DNA of 64,000 nucleotides, taken from the NCBI GenBank assembly GCA_010015585.1, contig ML975153.1; one strand, 5' to 3'. A program made the position numbers and the translations under genes. The notes under the pieces are model-generated. The model was not told where the DNA came from, did no database searches, and saw only the letters and a list, made by a program, of their open reading frames with translations. Every line of letters begins with the position of its first letter. The first letter of the stretch is position 1. Shown here piece after piece: positions 1-10,902 of the stretch. This DNA is from Eremomyces bilateralis CBS 781.70 (Eukaryota).

Positions 1-1595
1 TCGATATACTAGGAACAGATGTGCTCAAGCAATAAATCATTTAGGAGAGGTTATACGGAGTAGACATCTTGTTATGGATTGGGGTAAGCCGCGGCTAGAC
101 AGTGACCGGAAGAAGCGGGGCGGAGGAAGCTGATGCTACGGCAACCACAACAAGGACGACCGGTATATTGACATAAAATAATTACCAATATGACATATTT
201 GTCATATTGAGGGCGAATAACGACTTCTAGGACCGATTCAATACTTCGAGAAGCAATCTCAATTGATAACTTGAGATGACACGGCAGAGGGTGTGAGGAC
301 TGAGAAATAAGGAGTTTCAGGAAGTGAGGCGGCAGTCGGCGACATGGAGCGAATGGGGGTCGGAGTATCCGTATTCCCGTGGGTATTCCTTATCAAATCT
401 TCACCACTCTTCTGCTGCTTAGCTGCTGCTGGCCAAATAAGCGCCCGCCGCGGGTTGGGCTGAACCCTTGATCCTTGCGTCGGACCCAGATTGTCGGGCC
501 GCACCATTAGTTTCCCGAATGCCCCGGTTCGGTCAGAACGTTCAGTCAGAGTTTAGCCCGTTCAGACTCGACTGTTCACTGCCCAGGTAGTCCGTCGACA
601 CTGGGAAGTCCGCAAGGAGAGCCTAGCTACGCAACGACAATCCGCACAGATTGCGGATTGTGACAGGAACGTAATGGCCAAGGATGGATGGCGTGCGGGC
701 AGCTTGACCGAGCCATCGCCCATCATGGAACATCAAATTGTATTTTCCTCCCAGCTTCGTGCCGTCCAGCAGGGCTACCCCTCGCCAAAACCTTCCTCCT
801 CTTCATGCCTGTCTGATGCCCATACGGCAATAGTATGGTCGTGTGGATCGCTGCCTCCAGATTCGGCCAAGCAAGATTAACTTCTGCCCAACCTGGGATT
901 CCGATCCTGCCATCTGACTGCAACACCCCTCTGGTGATCTGGTGCCCCCTTTGCGCAGCACGTACCTGGTCTCGCTGCCTGGATAGAGCAGAGTCACACA
1001 ATAGTCACAAATCCCAGACCAACTTTTATATGATAGCTCGTATGTTTTCATCTACGCTTCCAGAAAGGATTACGAACGTGGAAATGAGCATTATAGTCTC
1101 CAATCGCAAAGTAACAGAAAAACTCAATTAACCCCATGCCAGCCAAAAGGAATGCATGTGAGCAAGGTCGCCCTTCATAGTTCGTGGTCTTCGCAACCCA
1201 GTCTATCAGATATGATGAATTACGCTTCCAATAGGAAATAAGGTAAACTGAAATGTTGTGTGTGTGGAGCAGAACGCCTTCCCCACCAGACCCCCCTAAC
1301 AAATAAATTACCAGCCGTTCCAATAGCTCTCGAGTAATACATGAAAGGCTGTGCAAATGCAGATGATGAAACAAATAACGGACCGGTCGGTTTCAAAGGC
1401 GCATTTTGATAGCGATAGCCGAGAAATCGTCCGTAGCGGCCTCCGACTCGGGTTCAACTTTGATGCACATCCTTTTTCATGTGTATCGGCTCGTGATTCG
1501 TTACCGACAAAAATCTAAATGTTGGTGATTGTAAATGCTTCCATTCCGGATTGGATAATGGTTAGAATTTGCATTTCGAAATTGCTGTCGTTCGC

Positions 1596-2904
1596 TTAGA
1601 ACATTGGCGTTGGTGGTAGAGGGCTTGCGCTGATGCTCTGCTGCCGTTCAAGATCGTTGAGTGTCTTGCAGCCCCCGTTCTCGACATGCCTGGCATGTAG
1701 TTAGCAGTGTTGTTTAGGAGAGACTCTGATGTACATGCCTCCTCAATGTGTCTTTCCTCGCAAAACCCGTAAGGCAAGCAGAACACTTATGCTCGAGAGA
1801 TTTGATGTGGACCTGGAAATAAGTGAGCATACGCATGCATCAATAAAAATAGACAATGCTCACGTTCGTCCTGTGTCGCTCAAGATCCGCTTTCCTCTTG
1901 AATGCTCGATCGCACGCATTGCAAGGAAACGGCCGGAGCCCGACAGTGTCTTTGTTATGCCTGGTATTGCAGTGAGAAGTAAAGTTGTGCTTCCGCTTGA
2001 AGAATTTCCCGCATTGATCGCATGAAAACTTCGACTCCGCCTGGGTGGTGTGTCTTCTCTTTTTTCGAGTCCGCGCAACGGCGTGGAGTGCTTCCGCCTT
2101 GATTCGTTCCGCAGAATACGAGTCACTCCACCGACGATTCTGCCAGTAGAACGGATCGGTTGCGCAGTCTGAATGCGGGCGCATCTCCTGCAACGCGACA
2201 GGACTGACGTACGAAAATACATGCGCCGAATGTGGCGCGGAGTGAGGAATGAACGGCGGGTTGACCTTTGAAGGGACAAGGTTCCGTCCTTGAGGAGTAG
2301 AGGGAAACTCCGGAGTCGTTAGCTGCCAGTTCTCGACGTTTTCAATCTTCACGGGGTTAGGGAGCGGCGATCCTCGAGAGCAAGTGAGGATGCTGTCCGT
2401 ACTGGAGTAGGTGGAGGAGATGGAGGATCGATGCGACCTGTTCGTTCGATAGTTGGAACATGGTGTGAACACCCCAGCCTGTAGCTGACTGCAGTCAACG
2501 ACTGGTGTGGCCTCCCATGTCGACGGGGGACCTGAAACCTGGAGGTAGAAGTCGAGGCGCTGCTGATCGTTCAGTGGGCTCGATAGATCGGTCGCGTTCC
2601 AAGGGTTTGCTGATATCGGTGTTGGAGGGTGGACAGTAGGGACCAGGGCATCGTGGGTGTCGATGAAGAGACCGAGACCATGAGGGGCCTGAGGGAATGG
2701 TTCGACGATGCCCACACAAGGGGACGGTTGATAATGTGGCTCGGCATATGAAGTACACGCAAGCTGGTCCTGAAACGTGCCGTTGTGGGTGCTCACTGGC
2801 GTCAGTGATGCGTCCATTGGGGAGTGCTCGATGTTGGTCGGGTAGTGACGCTTGTTGTCGAATTGGAGGTGAGCCATGGTGGAAAGACGTTCAGAAGCAG
2901 CCAT
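1596..2904 (-). CDS. C2H2 zinc-finger transcription factor (three C-terminal fingers)
   Basis: ORF 1840-2922 has CDQCGKFFKRKHNFTSHCNTRH and CNACDRAFKRKADLERHRTNV. Splicing 1863-1813 (GTGAGC..CAG) adds HIKSLEHKCSACLTGFARKDTLRR. A GC-AG intron 1738-1690 gives HVENGGC...PTPMF* (TAA 1598-1596). Start ATG 2904 is uncertain. Confidence 0.85.
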
Positions 2905-3598
2905 ACGGGCTGTTCGGGGCAAAGATCATACACGAGGAACGAGCAGAACAAAACAAGGTGATGAAGAGAAACAATTCCAACGATCCAAAGTATATGTATA
3001 TACTCTAGGCGATAAACGTATTCCTTCTCTTCAGAGCACGTAAACGCGCTGAAAGAGGCACGAGGACAGAAAATAGAATGAGGCAGTGGTGATAATTGTA
3101 GTCTGATGCCGCAACGACAAGCTCGAGGCAGATTTCCAAATATTCAAAATAACCGCGCTGACGATGAGAATATAGAGCGCGGTTGGGCGTTTATTTGTAC
3201 AACAACTTTGATAGAACAGGATTGAGTGAGAGAAGGGACCTTGAATGAGAGGAGGCCTGTGTTCGACTAAGCCAAGCCTCGACCCAACCTACCGGTACAT
3301 CATTCAAGGCCTTGCTGGGGATGCGAGAAGGCTCCAATCAGATAATCTCTGGATTTGCATGGTAACTGGTCTGTTCTGTTGGCCTTTGCGGAACTTTACT
3401 GTTCAGTGGTCGTCGGTGTCTTTTGACCGATGATTGTACCTGTTCACCACCCCATTTGCAATCCCCACATATCACTCAACAAGGGAGGCAACACTCCCTC
3501 ACCACCATAATCTCTTTACCTTTTGCTGCCCGAAATTAATTTGTTCCACCCATGACTTGATGCGGTGATGGTTCAACTCGGAAAATCCGCTTTTGGCA

Positions 3599-6500
3599 TT
3601 ATTCGTCGTCCTGCAAATTCCCTCCCTGCCGTTCTGTCACAATCGCCATAAGTTGCTCAACCTGAGTGCTGAGCTTCAGAACCAATGATTTCAGATCCAC
3701 GTCTTGCGGCTCGTCTGCATTGTCGGCACCACTATGGGACCCGTAGTCGGCGGTCGACGCCCTACCGTTCTCGCCTCGCCCATCTGAAGCCGTTGGTTGC
3801 ATTGAAGCCACCAATGCCCGCGGCGTACCGGCGGAGATCTTCCAAGTTTGGCGCTTCAGAGGTTGAATCAAGCCGGGGCCGGCAATATTAGACGACATCC
3901 AGCTCGTCCTATCTCTCTTGGACCAACCCAGTCCCTCGGTCAAAGACTCATACGCCCAAATGGCCGCGACGTATGGGGTATGGGTAACTTTGAGAATGGC
4001 AATTCGTGTCCGCCGAAGCTGATCGGACGGGAGGAACAGTCGGAGAGGTCTCGAGACCAATGAGATGAGGTTCTGTTTTCGAATCTTAGCATTGAGATGC
4101 ATATCCATATGCTCCGCCTCAAGAAATGCGGATTTCCAAGTCTATCCGGATGCGTATACTAGGATAGCATGACTTCGAAAACGGAGCGGGGAAACAAACG
4201 CCAACGTTTCACGATCTCATTGGCAATGTCATCACAGAACTGTCAAATTCAAGATTGTGGCACACGCGATCCCAAGCGCCGCCTAACAGTTCGAGGCGGT
4301 GCTGCAGGTGACGAGGACGCAGGCGCTTAATCGATGGCCAGGAAGTGTTGAAAATTGGAACGTCACTTACCCAAGGCGGCAAATAATACGTCAGTCGGTT
4401 TGAGGTCGACGCTTCCAGCACATAGACGGAATATCTGGATTTTTAGTCAATATGGCGGTGCAGCGAAGAAAGAAACAAGTATGCCTTGTCTCGCTCACAT
4501 AAATAAATATTCTTCTTTGGCATGGTCGAGCACCTAAGTTCACGAAATGCACGCTGTTAGCCAATCATTTCATAGCAAGCAGGGGTTTTGTGGCCAGTGA
4601 GTCTTGGCACAAGCCATAATCATGATCATGATGGCTGTGACGAGGAAGTTCGAGGGACAATGGACACCGCACCTTTGTCAAGGAGTTGCTCAAGAGCGAA
4701 ATCAAACTAGTAATCAGTAGAATGTTCGTGAGGCAAATGAAAATCAACTAAATCCGGTCAGAAGATGGCTGTGTACAGATCGAGAGATTAGCAAACCATG
4801 ACAGGGGGCCCAAGGATTGGACTTCTGTAGAAACCATTAGAATGTTCTTTAGTTGTATCTCAGAGGCAATCAACTTACATTTGTGCTGCAACATCCTATA
4901 TGCTCATGTTAGTTGTGACCGGTCAACCAGGTCTTCACGATCTTTCCACTTACGAATCCAAGATACGATGAGCTTGGTTGGATTAGCGGCGTCAGCACCC
5001 TGTTGTTGATTGCGGCTTACCCGAAGAAGACCTTGATCAGAATCCATGACATCTCACTCAACGTAAAGTTGTCCCTCGCCAAAAGGGTGAATGTTGTTAA
5101 GAAGCCTAGAGTGCGGTCAGAATGCAGTGCTCGAGGGCTTTCACCGGAGATTTAGTGGGCCAGACCGATATATAGAATGGTAACAATACTAAGGAACTTA
5201 GCAAAGTCCTTGGTCTGGTTATGAATTAGCGGAGTAGTTGACCGCTTTTATGGTTTAGTTAACGGACCATTTCCTTCAAACAGGGCATCTAATTCCATGT
5301 GAGTACCAGTTCCAAGATCCACTATCGTGATGCTTACCAATGTTCCAAAGTAGGGGTTGAGACTAAGGACAGAGCAGGTCCTAGACCACACATCGAGATA
5401 AGTATTTTGCTCTTGGAGCCACCGACATCGAAATCATACCTTGGAACGAGGAAGAGCGCTTCTAACGCGAGAATATCGAAAGATGTGTCAATGATTATAT
5501 CAGACTCTCTGGCGATGCCAATGGCTCCTATGCTTATGTTAGTGGGTGAGCATTTAGCGGTCACTCGTACGGTCCTAACTCACTGGAAATTAGGAAGCTG
5601 AAGCCCACGAGCGCAATGCATAAGTCCCACAGAGACCAGAAATCCGTGGCATAAAAGGCTTGCCCTGCATCTCGATACTCACCAACTGCCATTGATTAGA
5701 GGGCACCGACCGAAGAGATGAGGATGGACATACATTCATCGTATGCAAACCCAGCAATGAAAACATACAAGAGGATCTCAGCAACGGTGATTTGGTCATA
5801 ATCGCGTTGGACAAGGACAACATAATAAAGGAAAAGGAACGTGACGAAGAACAGGACCTCAAATGTTTTGAGGTACCGAGGGACTCTGAGCCGGCAGTAC
5901 GCATCTGCACGTCTTGCACATTGATGATTGTCAGTGCTAACATTAAATAAATTGGGCAGAAGTTGTGCTCACTTTGGGTTGTATAATTTCGCTCGCTTCA
6001 CTGAGTCAACAGATAACGTTTCCCAGAAGATAATATCGCCTCTCCAGATACGTTCGATCATCTGCTGGACAATCTTCTGGCTCAAGAATTTCTTGGCTTC
6101 AGATACAGCCGCAACTTCCAAGGCGTTCAGGTTCACGCAAGACGAGACGAGATCATATACGTGGTTTGAGTCTGCATCGGCATCATGCAAGGAGTCCTGC
6201 ACCTGTCCGAAGTAGGACGCCGTCCGAGATTGAGCTTGACGCACTGGAAGAGTAGAGGACGAGGCGAGAAGGGGATCGAGCTCGCTCGTATGTCTTGATA
6301 AACCGTTCGGTATTCCACTCTCTTCGTCTCCTAGCTCAGCGGGAACGGGATCATGAGGGGTATACTCTGATAGGAGATAGTCCAGAGCTTCCTGTCGCGA
6401 TAGGCCGAGGACAAATCTCCAGGCGACCAGCTCACAAGCAAACCCTCGTGCATCGTTGATTCCCCGATCATCATCAGGTTCCAATGCAGCGAAGTGGCCT

Positions 6501-6868
6501 TTTAATTGTCTATACAAATGTAAGTAAGTACGTTGATTTGATGAGCGCATTTCAGTCAACTCACAAAAGAGCTAGCACTATCCACCGATGGTGGACCCGA
6601 TCGCCAAGATACTCGATGAGAGGAGCAAGCGACTGTGAATGTTGAGGGCGCCTTAGTTCCTCAAATGTGTATGGGCTCTTGATAGCTCCAACGATATAGC
6701 TAGATCACCAGATCAGCCACATAAGTCAATGCATTGTCTGTTAGGACTGTCTTACATCGAGAGCTTTGATATGACGTCGGACAATGGCTCCGCATCGTCA
6801 ATTATCGGTATCGAGGGATCAGCCTCCAACCACGCCCCATACGTGACGGAAGCTTCGTCTTGATTCAT
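3599..6868 (-). CDS. YVC1: Vacuolar TRP-like non-selective cation channel (Yvc1/TRPY1 family), about 17 exons
   Basis: Manually spliced exons give ARGFACELVAWRF, LNALEVAAVSEAKKFLSQKIVQ..IWRGDIIFW, YCRLRVPRYLKTFE, DILALEALFLVPR, SLNPYFGTL, KVFFGSSYLGF, FICLTNILLITSLISLLSNSLTKV and YSVYVLEASTSNRLTYYLPP. These match fungal Yvc1 as I know it. GT..AG introns with branch points keep the frame. Confidence 0.9.
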
Positions 6869-8303
6869 TATATTCGATTACCCGTCATTCGAATAGAACG
6901 GGAAGGAACTCTCGAGAATCGGCATCATTGGGAGGTTGGGCAAACAACCCAAGACACGGAAAGAAATCCAGGAGAGCTCAAGTGGGGACCTGACGTGGAA
7001 TTAAGCGCTGGAGGACCCACTTCGGACCCGCGTTCATTTCCAGTCATGTGAAACCTGGGGTGCCGTTAGCGCGCGGGTATCGCATGGGTCGGGTGTGGTG
7101 GCGCTTCCCGCGGCTCGAGCAGTTCCTGCAGTTAGCACCTGCATCAGAACCGCTCTGTCGGGTCCACTGGTTTATTATGGCCTATGGGGCTAGGGTTGAA
7201 ATCAGGACCCCACCCGTGCCACTTCGGACTCCGACGACACCGCAATCTGATCAAAACCAGGGAAGGCCATTGTCTGTAGAAGCTGGAAAACGCAAATAGC
7301 GGATTTTTTTTGCTGCTACATTGGACAGTATAATGGTGCCTGGCTATTGCTTAGATTAGTGTTGGTCGCACTCATAATTCCTGCCAAACACTCAGGGAGC
7401 GCCTTAGTGCCCTATGGACAAAAGGCAATATTCTACCATTTCGTATCACCGCAGATTCGATTACATTGCCTCGGATTTATATATCACAGTCTAATCATTT
7501 GAGAGCGCTACATATTCTCTATTATTTTTCCGCTGTATTCTTTAATCGAGTTGCAAGGAAGCCTTCCATCGCTTCTCTAGACTGCCATTTCGACTAAGGT
7601 CCCGGGCGGTAGAAAATATTTAAGAGTTGACCTGGAATATATTGCTCACTCAGATGCAAGACGTGTCGCAAGCTTCTGCGTTGGCCGGTGGAGAGTCCAA
7701 TCAGCGTCACTAACGAGGACACTCTACGAAGCAGATCGAAGATGACTGGAACGTGGTAGTCAGATCCGTTTCGCATCAGACCAAAGTAGTTGGAGGGTGA
7801 AGATGGTATGAACAGAGAAAAGCAAGAGAGACATTGGGTAGCGTGTTTTGACGGGAAATGAAACTAATATTGTAGGACTTAGATTCGCACTCTCTTGACT
7901 GATCGAGCCGAAGAGCAACAAACTAGTGTTTTGTGCTCTTGACACATCTCTATCGTTAATTAACAGGTTCATTTCTTCTAGCACGACTAGCTGAAATGGT
8001 TATTATCATTCTAGCATAATCAATTGAGTTTCCAAGTTGAGAAGGACAGCCCAATCACTAGTTGAGCACTGGATCTGATCACATGCCTCAAATTCGAAGC
8101 AGACAGAGATAGTGTAGTTGTGTTATGGCCTCGACGAGGGAGGGGTGCGAAGGGAGAGGCCAACTGAGACAGTGGTGCTATTCACCTATTCATCTATTCA
8201 CGACAAAAATTACGCTTACCACCGCGCACTTCCTGCTCTTCTACCTCTATCCGAAGCCTACATTAATTACTAATTCTTTGACTGTCAACTATCCAAATCC
8301 AAA

Positions 8304-9928
8304 ATGGCTGCTAATCCTCATAAGCAGTGGAAGCGCCTTGTGGCTTACCAAAAGCGCTATGGCCTCCTTGGGAACGGCGCCGAAGAGTATTCTATTGTCA
8401 TTAGCTCTCCTGCATCCTCGCCACGCAGCTCTTCATTCACATCACATCTAGACGACCCGGCCACCCCGACTGCAATCACAACGAAGGAAAATACGGATAT
8501 GAGTTCTTTAATAGATTGGCCCACACGATGAGAAGAATCGACCAAGGTTATACCAGTGCCTGTGAAGAAAGCTGACATCGGACCTCCACTCTCCGGCATG
8601 AACAAGTCGAAGAAGAAACCAGTGTCAGGGACGGCACCTTTTGTTATTGTTCCATCAACCCCGGAAAACATCCTGTGGAATATCATAAAATCCGGAGGAC
8701 CTAAAAGGAGCATTATCAACGTGCCAACAATTCCCGAAGCAAACCAGAGCACTAGGAGCGCGTGAGGCCTGAAAGAGAGCGTTGTCGTTGGGGCATCATC
8801 AATCTTCATAAGCTTAAACAGCAAGATGGGACCGAACAATGGTAATAAGGTGGTCCCGTCAATCGTCAGCAGAGACGCGAATACCAAAGTAGCAGTCTCT
8901 AAGAGTCGTCCTTTCTTTATTACATTAACTTATAAGGCAACCTCTACCAAAGAACAGCTAGAAATACAAGGCAAGTCAGAAGGACACCTTAAAACAGAAG
9001 GAAAATCGAACCCGATCCGATTGAGGACAGTGAGGAGAAACTGGCTGTTTGGGGGAGGAAAGTTGAAACGGGTCCTATTAAGAGGGCGAAAATTGAACTC
9101 GACCCTATTGAGGATAGTGAAGGGGAACCAGCCTATAAGAAAATGAGACTCGAATCCAACCCGATCGACGATGATAGTCGACGTGGTCAGATTCATGCCA
9201 CCAAAGATGGGAATCTCTTTGATGAATCGTCGCACCGGAATCCATCCGAAGCTCTTAAATAGACGGCCTCGGAAGAAGAGGTAGCAGCGAGGTAACCGGA
9301 CTCGTTCCGAATGGTGGCCTGAGCCATATTGAATTCTCGACAAAAGAAATATCGTTTTTGCTAATGGAATGTAATGGCCTTGTTCTTTGTTTAAAAGGGT
9401 AATGGTGCGATGATTGAGGAGCTGAATTGCCTTGGGGTTGCATAGACCGGGGCCATGGCGGAATAGGGGTTCTTGTTCTTGTTAACGACCAATCGTGTGG
9501 AAGCCATAGAATATTTTAAAGGTCACAACTCTTAACTGAAAAAATTAATGGAGGAATTGAAGTGGTGGGGTAGACTGTCCCTGAAATTTTCTATGATGAA
9601 CAGGTCAATTGCAGAGCGTCACACCAATGCCGTATCATATTCGGCTACACTCTCAGTGAATCCAACCATAGATCAAACCAGTAACCCTGATCGTGCTCTA
9701 TCCATATCTAGAATGGAATATCGTCGGCTCCAATTTACCGAGCCCATTAGGATGAGTGAGAAATATCGCAATGTTAAGTCATGAAAGTTGCATGTCCTTA
9801 AGACTAATCCAATTGATGAGACTCAAGAGGCCCCAGTCTCGAAGAGCGGGGGAGGGCAAAACGACCCAATTGAAGATTTGGATGAAAATCCTGGCCTCTC
9901 GGAGGAAGAAAAGGATAATATGAGCTAA
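8304..9928 (+). pseudogene. Decayed orphan gene with repeated basic + [D/N]PI[E/D][D/E] motifs
   Basis: ORFs 8304-8531, 8556-8765 and 8826- share one frame, broken only by TGA at 8529 and 8763. The ATG has an A-rich context (CCAAAATG). After an apparent frameshift near 8990 a second frame reads RRKIEPDPIEDSE..KRAKIELDPIEDSE..KKMRLESNPIDDDS and, past further stops, KTNPIDETQE..QNDPIEDLDE. Confidence 0.55.
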
Positions 9929-10550
9929 TTTAAGAGCTTAAAGAAGTGCTCTCCATGATGTTAAAGAAGGAGACACTTGCGCAAGCAATGCACTAACAGG
10001 AGACGGCGGAATTCGCTAGTCTCCGCAGCACAAGACGGTCTGATCGCCACTGAATATCTGTCCTCCGTTTCGATTGAAATTTTGAGACCAAGCCTTCATT
10101 TCGCCTCCAAATGCAACGAAGTGTGGCACTGGGGTGGATTTGCTTGAGTCCGCATGGGCTGGTGTGAAGATGGAATGGTATGACTGTTGGAAAGGACAGG
10201 TGTCATCAGGCAGATGGTAGAATCCTGAAGTTTCATCTCCACAGAGAAGGACAAACATTTGTACAAAGGAGCCAACGTCCTCAAGAAGTAGTTAAGAAGC
10301 ATCCAAGCAATCCTTTGCAGCTCACCAATAACTTGTGCCCGCTCGGATAGGCTGCTTGGAAGATAGGGGGTATGGCGCTTCAGTCGTTAGAGTTCAAACC
10401 ACGAAGGCGGACCAGTCGTGTCGGGCGTTTTTATACCGCATCTGACGCTTATCAGTATAGAGTAGTTTCAGGGTCCGTCTGCGGCCACTGAATATGATAG
10501 TTTGAGGCTGACTTCAACCCTCCAGCCTAGCATAGGACCGGAGCCGAGCA

Positions 10551-10902
10551 TTATATGCTAAACCTCCTGACAAAGCGCAAAGGACTTGGAATTAATATAA
10601 GACAATGGATGGGCTGCAGTGATAGAGAACCGACTATAGGTTTTCCCACGGAAACTAGGTGCCGCATACGACGAGCGACTGGCGGCGGTATCGGGTCTGT
10701 CCAGAATCTCTGCAATCCTTCAGTCGATGAGGGTGAGGGAGTCTCGGTGATCTGCGCTGCGCAAGACGGGGTCAATAGAAGGACATTCACTGAGAAAAAC
10801 GACACGTGAAGTGAGAGATTGGGTCACTGGTGTTGGTTACTTACTTACCGTGACCAGGAAGCGTAGAGTTTGCAGAAGGTGATGGATTCGGGGCATCAAC
10901 AT
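10551..10902 (-). CDS. Candidate small orphan secreted protein (98 aa, 2 exons)
   Basis: TATAAAAA at 10961-10954 and ATG at 10902. A 55-nt intron 10844-10790 (GTAAGT..CTCAC..CAG) joins the exons in frame to MLMPRIHHLLQTLRFLVTVMNVLLLTPSCAAQITETPSPSST..., with a signal-peptide-like N-terminus. No recognisable family. Confidence 0.35.

Noticed and set aside
70..195. Possible solo LTR (TGTTATGG...TGACA)
   Set aside because: No matching target-site duplication and no second copy in the window.
4209..4240. C-box-like GTGATGA in the long YVC1 intron (box C/D snoRNA)
   Set aside because: I found no downstream CTGA D box or terminal stem within the intron.
7040..7315. GC-rich segment ending in a T-run, as a possible Pol III RNA (SRP, RNase P/MRP) or telomerase RNA
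   Set aside because: None of the conserved motifs I know for those RNAs is present. It is more simply the YVC1 promoter region.
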